From assembly GCA_951406725.2 (NCBI GenBank), contig OX597815.1, positions 19,654,001-19,718,000 on the forward strand: 64,000 nt of DNA, given 5' to 3'. The stretch comes from Octopus vulgaris (lineage: Eukaryota). The notes beneath the pieces are model-generated. The model was given only the letters and a program-made list of their open reading frames with translations, was not told the DNA's origin and searched no databases. Below are positions 27,345 to 41,199 of this stretch, in pieces (positions within the stretch are counted from its first letter, which is position 1; each line of letters starts with the position of its first letter). Made by a program: the position numbers and the translations under genes.

Positions 27345-28025
27345 GTCATCGTTCAGTTTTATTTCAAGATTTCTTGCCAATAGAGAAAGAGCCGGTTTCT
27401 AACCTAGATCCAAGGCTCCCTCTTTGGAATTTCAACATAAACAACAGGGAATTTTTGTTTGTATGTATATGTGCATATTTGTATTTTTTGTTTTATGTAT
27501 GTATTCGCATGCATACAGTTGCATATCTAGACATGTTCATATGTATTTAAAGGATAAACTTCTGGAAAGTTTTACAGATTTTTGCAGTTCCAGAGATGGG
27601 CTGGATCTGTAGTCTCCGAATTAGCTTTCTCTTTTCTGGTTTTGAAAAGTCTAATTTCTCAAGATTGGTATTTAGGCAGTATGTTACATATCTCAGGGCC
27701 CCAGTAATTACAGGTATAAACCTGAACTTGTAACCTGGATAGAGTAACTGCAAATTTTTCAGTAGTTCAGCGTAGATATTCTCTTTTTCACTGATCTTCA
27801 GCCTTATGTGAACATCCACTGGGCAGTCTATCCTAAATCATTATATCAGGTCTGTTGTGCTTACATTTTATTGAGTTCTTCACTAGAACATTCCACCAGT
27901 ACTCCTTTTGATTATGAGTGGCTATGGTTCTACCATTTTTCTTATCCTCAGGTTTATTCTTCCAACGGATTTCATTATAGAGTGTCCTAGATACATCATG
28001 TCTCATTGGTAGATAATATCGTGAT
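27345..28025 (-). mobile_element. 5'-truncated RLE-class (R4/Dong-like) non-LTR retrotransposon, endonuclease domain + 3' UTR
   Basis: Minus strand gives SRYYLPMRHD...EYWWN...KCKHNRPDIMI*DR, then after a frameshifting deletion CPVDVHI...EKENIYAELL...LYPGYKFRFIPVITGAL...ICKTFQKF. The RHD and RPD motifs are typical of the restriction-like endonuclease. AATAAA near the 3' end, (TA)n on both sides. Confidence 0.85.
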
Positions 28026-28077
<52 letters not shown>

Positions 28078-28222
28078 CATGTATATGCGCATGCATGCAT
28101 GTATGTGTGAAAGTCTTCACTGTGTGTATATTTAAATAATTTCGCCACATACACACATACTAAATACTCGCTGCCAAAAACTGGCACGAATTAATCCATT
28201 TACATATAAATATATATATATT

Positions 28223-28273
<51 letters not shown>

Positions 28274-28371
28274 AGCACGTGTATACTCACACAATCATAT
28301 CTCTCTTTCTTTCTCTCTCTCTCTCCATTTCTCTCTCTATCTATCTATCTCTCACTCTCTCTCAACCTATC

Positions 28372-28413
<42 letters not shown>

Positions 28414-28414
28414 A

Positions 28415-28475
<61 letters not shown>

Positions 28476-29590
28476 CATACATTCAGACACATAGACAAAG
28501 AAGCAGACAGATAGATAAGTAGCCAGACAAATAGGTAGGTTTACAGAGGTAAACACACACGTATATAACTGAGTGTGTGTACACGTGTTTGCGGATGTGT
28601 TAGCATATATGTATGTATGTTTGTGTATGTGTGTTGTGTGTGTGTATGCGGGCGCGAAGCTGCGTACGCGTGTTTCTGTGCCTAAAGAAATGTTTTCCAC
28701 TTCGTCTCTTTCTAATTACTGGAATTGATGAACGGGAGATATTTACCTGTATATATCTGCGTGTATGCGCGCAAGCGCGTGTTTGCGTGCATGTGCAGGT
28801 ACACGCGTACGTAAGCTTTGAAGTGTTTGGTTTCTGTCGCATCACGATGAAGATAGAGAACTAACATACATGTAATAACAAATATATAAATATATTTTCT
28901 TTCTTTTATTAAGAGAAGAGAAATAAAAAATCATAACTCAACAAAAATATTTATTTCAATACCAGTAATTCACCAGTACTTGAAAAAAAACAATGGGGAA
29001 TTCCATAGTATAGATGCCGAGGTGGTGACTAGCACAAGAAGCAAGCAGTAAATGAGATAACGAGGTAGAGAGTTTAAGGAGCGATGATGAATGAGATGTC
29101 GATCATGGATAATAAAAGATGTAGCGAACTAACACGGTGCGAGGTGCATGGAATAATACAAAGAGAGGTGGAATCAAAAAGGTGACGGTGGGAGATGGAA
29201 CGAAAGAGGATGGCAGAATAGCGTCAGCTGTGTAACTAGCTGATCTAGATTATTAAAGTAGCAGGGGGGAAAAGTAGAAGAGAAGAGAAGAGAAGAGAAG
29301 AAAAAAAAAACATCACTTACACAAGACACGCTAGACTCTTATCGATCCACGGAATCCACTGGTTGTTGTGACTTACAAAACTGTTTATTCGATCGAAAGC
29401 AAGCTATGCCCTAGTGTTGTGGGACCGTAACGAGTGGAAGGAGAAGAAGAAGAAGAAGAAGAAGAAGAAAAAAAAAATTTTAATTATATAGGTGTCTTGC
29501 TTTTAAAATGGCATATTGGGAAGGAACGGGGTGATTGTACACATGTCGTGGATAAGCAAAAGTGTTTATAAGTATGTATAAATGAAGCTG

Positions 29591-29598
29591 TGTTGTGT

Positions 29599-29658
<60 letters not shown>

Positions 29659-29954
29659 TTCTTTCATTCTTTCTCCCCCCCTCTCTCTCTCTCTCCCTCT
29701 CTCGCTACATGTGTACACGTAATTCTCCCTAAGCTGAAGATTTAAAAGAGACACGCTAGGACGACGCAAAATATAGAGACTAAGCAATAACTACTACTAC
29801 TACTACTACTATTACTACTACTACCCTTAGTAATCGGTATTCCTTACGAAAAAGCAAAGGGCATATTAAAAGCGACTTGCAAATATTCAACAGAAATGTA
29901 CTTGTGCAGTTGGGTTTCCATGGAGATTGGAGGTGGAGAGGAATTAGATGTGAT
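29591..29954. repeat. Copy 1 of a locally duplicated non-coding block
   Basis: Direct-orientation match to 34362-34661, including the (CT)n and (CTA)n tracts. Confidence 0.92.
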
Positions 29955-31826
29955 TTATGTCTGGGATTTATTGTCGAAACCGAAATGATGCACTCTCTAA
30001 CAAGGTGAGTAATGATAGTACCTGTTTCTCTCATATTCTCTATTCGTCTTCTCTCCCTCCCCGATTCTTCTTCTTTCTCACCTTATTCGGCTTCAAGCCG
30101 GTTATTATGATCACTTCTAGATGGATCCTGTATATATAACAATGACCGGGTTATAACATTAAGCGAGTAACTTAATAATGGTTGGAACGCACTATTTTTT
30201 TATAACAACAGCGGTTTGATATGATTATACGGGATTATAACTACCTGCTTTCACCACTGTGTGTGTGTGTGCACACATACATATATATATACACACATAT
30301 ATAAATAAGGTATATCTAGATATTTGTATATATTTGTGTATATGTGTGTGTACGTGTGTGTATGTGTGAGTGCGTTTGTGTATAAATATATATACATGCA
30401 TACACGTACAAATATGTATGTGAGTGTCTGTGGTTGTGTTTGCGCGCGCCTGTCTGTCTGTGTAGTTCCGTTTGTAAAACCCTGTACAGATATTAGTAAA
30501 TCAAAATCCATCATAGCAAGATTTTCGCATTTTATTTCATATATTTGTGAAGTTGCAAAGATAAAAATAAAATAAAACGCGAAAATCTGATTGTATTTGG
30601 AATTTGGTCCACTTACATATATTATGTGTTTCTACTTTTCTCTTTGTATATTTCCTCATTTATCACTTCCCTATAATAGTGCTGCAACCGCTCTGATGTA
30701 TAGTCCTAGATACACTATTTCTCAATAAGAAAATGTCACTGTGATCACAACCATGTCAATAGTCCCTTTGATCATACTTCTGCTGGGTCAAGGTAGACCT
30801 CGTGAAGTCAACCCCCGCGATTTCAGAGTCAACATCAACCACTGGTCTCCACTTTTGATCTCGTAGTAATACACGTGTTAACTTTTATTGTCATCACACT
30901 TGCTGTGTTCACCTTTCATCTTTCTATCTTGTTTTAACTATCTTTAATAAATCACTAAGACCTTTGAAATCAATGAAATCCAAATGGGACTTCCGTTGTA
31001 TCCATCGACTTCGGAACTGAAGCAATTAAAATATGCATTTTATTTCATCTTGATAAAACTATCCTTGACGGTGCACTGCCATAATTAGTAGATTATCGGA
31101 CCAAATGCCTTGCGGTATATAGTTATGTCCCTTTGTATTTGAAATACGAATCCCGCCGCGTTTAACATTGCTTTTCATGCTGCAGGAGGCGATAAAATAA
31201 AGTACTAGGATCTATGAAACCGAATTTACTCTCTCGAGAATGTTCATAGGTTGCGTGGTTATTATCACTGTTAATTATTTCAAGATCAGTGGAGTTTCGA
31301 ATTCAGAAAGTGCCGACAAAACACTTTGAGATGCATAGTCAAGTCTCTTTACATTTTGAATTTAGACAATATCGAAATGGACTTTAATATTAATCCTTCG
31401 CAGTAGAGATAAAAAATAATAGCAGCAAAATACTAGCGTAGAATTACTGTGGCTCAAAACCCTATTTCGAATATTCTTCATCCTTATTTCAAATATTTTT
31501 AATTATTCCTCATAATTATAACGACGGTGGAATAATAATAATAGAATCTTTAGTACACCCGACTATACTTCATCTGTTTGGATTCAAGGGTCACAAATCT
31601 CCCAAATCGATAAAAATAACAACCAGATAAATACTAGGTTTAATTCAAACTATTATATCCCTCTCTTGTAAATGTATTCAACCCCAGACGAGGTCAGGTT
31701 AATTTTTCATCTTTCTAGGGGATAAAGAGCAAGGTTAAGTACACGACTCATTGGTATCGACTAACCCTTCACCTCAAAATCTTCGTCTAAATTAGAAACT
31801 ATTATTATTATTATTATCATTATTAT

Positions 31827-32003
31827 GTTTTTTCCTTCTTTCTTCAAATTTTCTTCCGTTTCTCGCCGAGGGTTTTCCATACACCTAGGGCAGAGAAGGG
31901 CATTGTATGTATTCCCAGATTACACGCGCAAGTTCACAGATGAAATATGTATTTAAAAATTAATAAATAAATAAATTCATGGATGGATGTTATTTTCACA
32001 GCG
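31827..32003 (-). mobile_element. Short insertion inside (ATT)n, possible 3' UTR of a TAA-targeting (Dong-like) retroelement
   Basis: About 175 bp of non-repetitive sequence with (ATT)n on both sides and an A-rich 3' end on the minus strand. Family assignment is inference only. Confidence 0.4.
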
Positions 32004-32015
32004 ATTATTATTATT

Positions 32016-32083
<68 letters not shown>

Positions 32084-33188
32084 ACTTTTCCACACCTATT
32101 ACTTAAAGCGACCAATGTTCTCAACGGCAAATAGCAGTGGATACGGCCTTAGTATAGGTCAAATATGTTGGAAACATATTTGAACTGTTTTAAATGTTTG
32201 TTTATCTGCAACACCGCTTCCGCGCGCCCACTACAATATTATTTTATATACCTATACTTTTACTGCACATTCTTTTGTTTATAAGTCAGCGTGTGTACAC
32301 TAACTGCATCTGAATAATCTGTTTGGATCGTTGGGTGTGAGTGTAACTGCTTCACTTCCTCGTGTGCATAACGGAGTAAAAAAAGATTAGCATGTAATAT
32401 TAATAGTTTATTATTTATGAGGAGAAAACATAACTGAGGATATCGTATAAACTGGAGCCTATGTATATAGTCACTGCTAGCATATATACCGGCAGCCTTC
32501 TTCAAATATATATATTTTTGAATGTAAGTATATATTATTCTCTAACGTAGATAATCTGTGTTGATATAACAAACGAGTAATCGTGTGTTTAAATTTCACC
32601 CCTAACACGTATCCATTACATTGTTAGAAGAAAATACTTGATTTATTATAATTTAAAGCACATATACGAATGAGAACGAGGGCAAAATTCTCTTTTAATA
32701 TCTGGTCATCTTTTATATATAAGTGTTACATTACAAGAATTAACCATGTCCTATTCCACAAACATCTCAAAGATCTTGGTGTTGTAAGCTATAGTGTTAC
32801 CCATGCGTTTGATTTTATGTATTCTGCTTTCCGCTTAATCGATTTCACATATCCACCATATTATATGAACTCTTTTATCACTATGTCTACCGCGTGTTGC
32901 CACAAATTCGTCCACAAAGAAGGTCACAACCTCTTTCTACTTCTCTTGTTCTCTTTCTCCCCCCCCCTCTCTATCTATCTTGCTCTACCTTGCTCTATTT
33001 CTCCCATCCTCAATAATTGACGATGGACTAAAGGCCCGAAACGTTAAACGCGTTCCTTCTAACGACACTTAAACATTGTCAATCCTCCTAAGGTTTAATT
33101 GCTACTGATCACAGATTAATAATATTTTCTGTTTTGAAGATATTACTGTATACAATATAATATATGACATAATATAATATAATGTAAT

Positions 33189-33236
<48 letters not shown>

Positions 33237-33537
33237 CACACACACATATATATCTATATATCTATATATGTGTGTATTTGTGTGTGTTATAAATACATAT
33301 CTAGGTATGTATATATGCATATATAAATATATAGATATATACTCATATTATATCATAACTACACTACCAAGACAAGTTTTAATTCAAACCTTATTTCCAG
33401 ATTTGGCGGTACTTCTACCAGTAACATGCATAAACTTCGTGTATATCTTACAAATATTTGGTTAAAAATGTAATTATATATATATATATATCTTCGAGTT
33501 AGCCTGCGTGTACTATACATATGTATATGTATGTATA

Positions 33538-33599
<62 letters not shown>

Positions 33600-33659
33600 A
33601 GATTATATATGAAAAAAGATTAGAGATCTATACAAATCAAGTTTTTATAGTTCCATTCT

Positions 33660-33886
33660 ACCGGTGCATTGTGTTCTTAAGCAAGGCACTTTATTTCACG
33701 TTGCCCCAGTAATATCAGCTGGCAAAAAAATGAGTAACACCTGTATTTCAAAGGGCCAGCCTTGTCATATTCTGTGTCACGCTGAATGACCCTGAGAACT
33801 ACGTTAAGGGTACGCATGTCTGTGGAGTGCTCAGTCACTTGTACGGATGAACTGGAACCCTCGTCGTCGTAATCGACGGAGTGTCA
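33660..33886 (+). mobile_element. 5'-truncated SINE-like fragment (V-domain-like)
   Basis: TTGTGTTCTTAAGCAAGGCACTTTATTTCACGTTGC ... AAAATGAGTA, a GC-richer body ending next to a TA tract. Confidence 0.55.
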
Positions 33887-34361
33887 ATTTATATATATAT
33901 AATAACAATTTAATAAATAAAACATATGCATACATACATACATATATGTACATACCTACATCTATATGTATATATATATACATGCATATATGAGTACAGG
34001 ACACCACAAATAAACGTAGAACACAACGAGAAACGAAAACATAAAATCAAACAAGGAAACGGACTTTTTTTAACAACGAAAAAGCAGAGTACAAGACAAA
34101 CAACACAAGGAACATTCCCCTTCTTCAGCTGCCCCTCTCTCGACTCAATGCGCGCGCGCGTTTGTGTGTGTACTAGTGCAAACAGGCTAACTCAAAGATA
34201 GTGTATTTATCAATTTATCATAAAGCTTTGTATATTGTGATTAAGATATATTCTCGTGAGTGAGTGTGTGTATGCACGCACGTGGGCGTGTGTGGGCGTG
34301 TGTGTGCGTGGGCGTCTGTGTGCTTTTGTGGCTGGGTTTATGTATGCGTGTGTGAGTATAT

Positions 34362-34480
34362 TGTTGTGTTTATATCTCTCTGCCTCTCTCTCTCTTTCGC
34401 TACATGTGTACACGTAATTCTCCCTAAGCTGAAGATTTAAGAGACACGCTAGGACGACGCAAAGCATAGACAAAGCATTA

Positions 34481-34524
<44 letters not shown>

Positions 34525-34661
34525 AACTACTACCCTTAGTAATCGGTGTTCCTTACGAAAAGCAACGGGTATGTTAAAAGCGACTTGCGAATTTCTACAG
34601 AAATGTAGTTGTGCAGTTGGGTTTCCATGGAGATTGGAGGTGGAGAGGAATTAGATGTGAT
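34362..34661. repeat. Copy 2 of the locally duplicated non-coding block
   Basis: Matches 29591-29954. Confidence 0.92.
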
Positions 34662-35467
34662 CACAATCTTATCACAATAACTCTTTCTCTGCATCTCATC
34701 ATTCTATCTAACCCAATATCTACCTATGATACAACCACCCCACTCTCCCTCTCCTCTCTCCTTCTCCGTATGTATTTGTATCAGCATGAAAGTATACGAA
34801 ATTACATAGATACTATTTGATAGAAAAATATAACGATATATAATTAGTGTTTCAACTCTTTTGGTTGGTGAGACCTTCGCTTTCTGGATAAGGATCCAGC
34901 CCAAAATGTTATGGTCTTTCCTTCAAATAATCCATTGTCTTTCTATAATGATATTCATAATAACAATGGTTGCATCGTTATTTCTTAAATTCTGAAAACT
35001 TTACTCTTAAATGTCTATATGTCAGTCAAGAAAAAAAGAAAGAAATAAGAAATGTAATTTTAGTATCACTATCGATGATAAACCAATCTGAAAGTATGTC
35101 ACTAAAAAACTAGTCAAACGTGTAACTAAGTAATATACTATATGTGCAACATGTCATACTTTTCAATACAACTTACTTCCCTTTTTCAAGTAGTAACCCA
35201 GCGTTAAATTTCTTTTTGTGTTGCTATTTAACAGAAACAGCCTAAAACCTCCAGAACTGCGCAACCCTTGGAAAATTTTTGCTTTCTATTTCCATATGAT
35301 ATTTCATTTGTGATTGCTTCTGTGACTCTTTCCAGGGGATTATTTGTTCTTTGCATTGAAACAAAATTGAAGGCGTATACATATCTGTGCCTGCACATGC
35401 ATATGTGTTGTGTGTGAGTGTATATGAACATATATGTGTGTGTATATACTCACACATACACATATTC

Positions 35468-35550
<83 letters not shown>

Positions 35551-35612
35551 CAAATATTTATATATATATATATATATATATATACCAAGAAATATATATA
35601 TATATATACAAA

Positions 35613-36003
35613 TGGCTGTGTGGTAAGTAGCTTGTTTACCAACCACATGGTTCCGGGTTCAGTCCCACTGCGTGGCACTTTGGGCAAGTGTCTTCTACTA
35701 TAGCCTCGGGCCGACCAAAGCCTTGTGAGTGGATTTGGTAGACGGAAACTGAAAGAAGCCCGTCGTATATATGTATATATATATGAGTGTGTGTGTGTCT
35801 GTGTTTGTCCCCCTAGCATTGCTTGACAGCCGATGCTGGTGTGTTTATGTCCCCGTTACTTAGCGGTTCGGCAAAAGAGACCGATAGAATAAGTACTGGG
35901 CTTACAAAAGAATAAGTCCCGGGATCGAGTTTGCTCGATTAAAGGCGGTGCTCCAGCATGGCCGCAGTCAAATGACTGAAACAAGTAAAAGAGTAAAAGA
36001 GTA
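35613..36003 (+). mobile_element. SINE family A, near full length, within TA-rich microsatellite
   Basis: TGGCTGTGTGGTAAG through GAAACAAGTAAAAGAGTAAAAGAGT. Confidence 0.93.
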
Positions 36004-36073
36004 ATATATATACAAATATATATTTACACACAAATATATATATACATACAAATATATATATATATATATACAT

Positions 36074-36193
<120 letters not shown>

Positions 36194-37061
36194 GCGTATG
36201 TATATATATATATGTAAACGTATATACCTTATTTTCGTTCTGGTTATTTAATATATCGCAGCTACCTAGTACCCACACTGTTTTGAATGTATACAAAATA
36301 TGTGTCACGTAACACCAAATACTATAATTTAACTGACACCTAAGAATGCAGTAAAATAATGTAATACAGTAATATATTATCTGCTAACTCTGTAGGAAGA
36401 ACACCACTGTTAATAACATTTATTCAACATCTAAATGAAAAGTGAAGAAAATAATTCAAACAATTGTTAGCGTTGGATACTGAAATACAGAGTAGATGAA
36501 AGATTAATCTATTTTATCATAGCTTTTAAACAAACTCAGTATACATATACATGATTATGTAAGAAACCCATGTTAATTGATTATAAAATACTCTTTAAAA
36601 TCATGTTCCAGCGGAGAATGAAATGAAAAGAAAACTACAAATGCAACAAATATATCCGTAACATCTTTCCATATCAGTAACATCAAAAAGCTATAGTGAA
36701 ATTGTCAAACAAGCAAATACAAAACAGCACCATGAATAAATTGTTTTCCCACCTGACGGTTGCTAATTTCAAATTTTAAAACTAGTGCGTGTTTATCTTA
36801 AGAATCTTTATGTAGACTTTCCAGAAAACCATTTACACATTTAATTCACACAAATAAAAACTGTAAAGAACAATGAAGTATACTATCCTTTCAGTTGTGA
36901 GCAAAATCAAAGGAATTAGCAAAACGTTTCCAAACAATACAATAAAAATTAACACACCAAATACTAATACTAGATTCTACATTCGTTTTGCTAGACCTAC
37001 TAGAAATAGTAGTTAAATCTCCCTTTTGTCGCTCACTCAGGAAAGAGAAATCATAGATTGG

Positions 37062-37486
37062 TATATATTTCTTTACTACCCACAAGGGGCTAAACGTAGA
37101 GGGGACAAACAAGGACAGACAAAGGGATTAAGTCGATTACATCGACCCCAGTGCGAAACTGGTTCTTTATTTATCGACCCCGAAAGGATGAAATGCAAAG
37201 TCGACCTCGGCGGAATTTGAACTCAGAACGTAACGACAGACGAAATACCTTTTTCTTTTATTACCCACGAGGGGCTAAACATAGAGGGGACAAACAAGGA
37301 CAGACAAAGTGATTAAGTCGATTGCATCGACCCCCAGTGTGAAAGTGGTACTTTATTTATCAACCCCGAAAGGATGAAAGGCAAAGTCGACCTCGGTGGA
37401 ATTTGAACTCAGAGCGTAACGACAGACGACATACCGCTAAGCATTTCACCCGGCGCGATAACGTTTCTGCCGGCTCACCTCCATGG
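37062..37486 (-). mobile_element. SINE family B head-to-tail dimer inside one TSD
   Basis: Full copy at about 37250-37482 plus 5'-truncated copy at about 37066-37249. 15-bp TSD GAAATCATAGATTGG at 37047-37061 and 37487-37501. Confidence 0.92.
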
Positions 37487-38379
37487 GAAATCATAGATTG
37501 GAGTATGCAGTCCGATGCACGTTACACTGTACACAAAACACCAAAAGAGTAAAGAATAGTCACTGATCGGATGGTTTCAACCATACCCCTACAAAATCAG
37601 ATCTGTTATGAGCTAAATAATAACACTTTCAGAACAATTGTCACTTATCTTTTTTTGTTCTCAATGATTCTACGTCAACAAACTAAACACAAGATGAGTG
37701 TGCATCGCCTGCTACTTCTTCATAATCAACTCTATACTTCAGTAAGAATCTGTTGGGGTTTTTATTTACAGTATGAACACATATGTTCCATAGACCAAAA
37801 CTAAATTATGCTTGGGAACGGGTTAATCCTACACGAAACGTCAGCGAGTCTAGTTCCTTTTTTCTCTCTTTTTATTCATTTGATTAATAACTATTAAATA
37901 TAACATTAGATATTTCAAAATATTATTTAAAATCTCTCGCATTATCCTCCGAACACTTTATTGATAGGGTATTATATATAAGTAACATATATAGAAAGTA
38001 TATTGGTGTTTTAGTGCGGTATAATCTTTCATGAATGAAACAAATGGTCGGGGAAATTCTCGTGACATTTATGATTCTCAGTAAATTACAAATAGTTAAC
38101 CAATCAAAATATTTTACAATCTCTTTCATTTGCCGCTAAATATATAAATGACTGCTATAGTGTATTTATCTGATTCAAATTCAATTATTAAATCATTGGA
38201 TATTCATTTCATTGCTAGCCGTTAGTTTTAATATATTGAAATAATTAATGGACTATGTCAGAAAAGTAGATGTTTATTTTAGAGTATATGTTCAATAAGA
38301 AGTGGATATTCAGCAGGACTGAGTGATACCATAATTCCTTCTCTCGATATTTAAGGATTTACTCTGTTTCTCAAAATTC

Positions 38380-39065
38380 GAAACGTGCCGGAGTAAAAGC
38401 TTTGCAAAGTTTAGTTGCATTTTTATTTTTACGTTCAACTCCAGCTGGCATCACGTTTGTCCTCCATCCTTTTGAGGTCGATAAAAATAAGAACAAGTCA
38501 AGAACTGAGGGTCTATCTCAGTTACTATAATTTAGCCCTACCCCTCCCACTCTAAAAAAAAAATTACTGATGGCTTATAACTTGGATTTCTTACGCTGGT
38601 AAACGGTTAAATATTTGAGTCTAAAATAATCGATTAAATTGATCCAAAGATTTTACCATTTCATCAAACCGGGATGGCTTCGAGAAAGAGCTGTCTTCGG
38701 TGGAATTTGAATTGGAGTCATTAAAGATACGTAAATACCACAAAGCCTTTTTGCCCAACAGTCTGCCGATTTTGTCTGTCCAAATCTCCCCCCCACTTCC
38801 TACTCTTCATCCTCATCCGCCTCCTTCTCATCATTATTATTAATATTACTTATTATTAAGCCACCAAGCTCTCAGAATCTTTGTTGTGTTGACAATATGC
38901 TATGCGATACTTCTTGTCTATTTTACGTTCTGAGTTCAAATTCAACCTAACTTGAATTTACATTTTATCCTTTCGAGGTCGATAAAATAAGTACCATTTG
39001 AGTACTGAGATCAAAGTAATTGGCAAACACCCTCCCCTAAAATTGTTGGTTTTGTACAAAAGAAA
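38380..39065. mobile_element. Cluster of old degenerate family-B-related SINEs
   Basis: Recurrent ATCCTTT(C/T)GAGGTCGATAAAA(A)TAAG and GTTCTGAGTTCAAATTC motifs at about 38470 and 38930-38995, with an inverted remnant at about 38640-38760. Confidence 0.65.
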
Positions 39066-41199
39066 GAAAGTAAGAATTACTATTAGAAGTAAATCCATTT
39101 GTGACCACTCGTTTTATTTTTTTTCAAATTGTATCTAGGACATATATTAACATACGTCTTTACTCTTTTTTTCAATGAATTGTCTACTTGGTAAATCAGT
39201 TCAGGATCAAGAAATCTTTCCCATCGTACCAAACAGTGAGGTTTAATTTTTATCAAGAACTTAGCGGTCGTATGGGATAAGGTTCATTTATACTGATTGA
39301 ACAGGACATGTTGAAGTTCCATGAATTTTTTACCGTTTAGTTAGAGATGAAAGGCAGCACCATTAATTTCTCAGAAGCTTCGTAACGGGGAGGGACCTAG
39401 CTTAACAGACGCATGGACGGACCAGGTAGTGCTAGTCCTTCCTACGGGTAAAGTCTCTAACCAAATATTCAAAAAAAGGAAACGAAGCACTATAATGTAT
39501 CATTGCTGTGCTCTAACTATTCCGTCAATCCATCACCCAAATCTGAGGTGGGTGGTACCTAATTTTATCAACCTGGAAAAATTAAAATCTAAGTTGACCT
39601 TAGCTGGATGTGAGCGAGAACTGGAGCAAACACTGCTAGGCATTTGTCTTTTCATTTTAATATCTCCTCCAGCTCGCCTACCAAAACGGAAGACATAAGA
39701 ACCAAAAATAAGTCCAACATGATTCAAGTGAGAATATTGTGCTTACAACCTAGATACCATGCAGTTAATTCCGCCATTTATAAAGGGCAGACGTATCAAA
39801 GTCAAATCTAGAAATCGAGGAACCTAGTGGAAACTGGTGGGAACTGATGAAAAGGGAGATTTTGATAAGTTCCTTGTTATGGGGTGTATAGGAGTGTAAA
39901 GTTTGGGGCTTTGTGAGTAAAGAGTAACATGTGGTATTGTTAGTTGAGTTGGAAACAGGTTACACCTAAAAGGTAAAAACTTATATTTTGCCATTTTCGC
40001 TGCATATAAACTTATTCAAGTATTCTGTTGGCAGAAATAATAGTTATTCAAGTTTTCTTTTGGCAAGAATAATAGTTCAATAAGGTAAGCTATACGGTCT
40101 ATGAATTTTCACTTCAAATGAACATTATGCATAAGCAAATACCACAGTTGTGATAAACTTATAAATTTCATCCAGATATTGAGCTTATGGGTGCAGCATT
40201 CTTTATACTGTCAGTTTTGTAAATTATCTTCAATTTACCACGTTTCTTTGTCTTTTAATCTATAAAACAGTGGAGAATAATATTTAACAGAGTTGTGTCC
40301 TGTTATGAGAGTTTATCTGCTTTTTTTTTTCTTTTTCGGTGTGGAGGTTTTTTTTTTTTTGGTCCTTTTTGCTTTTTGTTAGGGTTTCTTGTTCGTTTAT
40401 TTTATTCATTACTTCTCTTTTTTTTTTCAAATAATACCTAAAAGTGGAAATGCACTACTAAAACTCACTTTAATTAAACAATCAGATCTTCCCACATTGA
40501 AATATTCTATAGCTTGAAACCTGATCATAAATTACCGAAGTATGAGTGACGGCAGCCACGATCTAATAACCTACATTGACTTAGGTCTTCAAAAATTATA
40601 TTTCCAGATAGTGTCGGGATCAAATATTAAAATTAACGTCGAAAATTAATTCTGAAATTGATTTTTGTTTCTGTCCGTTATCAGATTGGTAAGTGATGTT
40701 CCAATTTCAATCAATATTAATTCTAGATTTGTGCAACACTTGGTAGGATCATATTAAACGATACAAATATTAATTTTGTCGAATATCCTTGACAGAATTG
40801 CACAAAGCCGATAATTAAAAGGCAAGCTTTTCGTGAAGTTTATGTTGAGGAATTACTTGCAAGTGATACCCACTAACAGGTATATGGGAAATGTTTGCGA
40901 GAGGGAAATATGTGTGTGTACAAGTCTATGAGTTCGCACATTGACAGTTATGTGTGTATTTATATGCATGATGAACGTTGGTGTTTGCAAACGGAGCGAA
41001 AAGAACTCAATACTTATAGAAGAGTATGTATATTTTATTAGAATTCGAAGCCTCTTTAAAAGTAAGATCAGAGATTCGTGTTTCCGATTCAGATTTGGAA
41101 ACGTGAAACTCAGAGTTTACGATGCAGGAGGATTCAGTTTCTAGAATTTACGATGTAATAGAGATGGGGAAAGACATCGAATGACTTTTCCCATTTCCT

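Noticed and set aside
30519-30588. 18-bp imperfect inverted repeat GATTTTCGCATTTTATTT / AAATAAAACGCGAAAATC
   Set aside because: Too short and AT-rich to assign to the foldback class or to an RNA gene.
33990-34165. Minus-strand CTGAAGAAGGGG in a repeat-like fragment
   Set aside because: No downstream GAAA or helix I partner, so not called a hammerhead. It may be a PLE-type tail.
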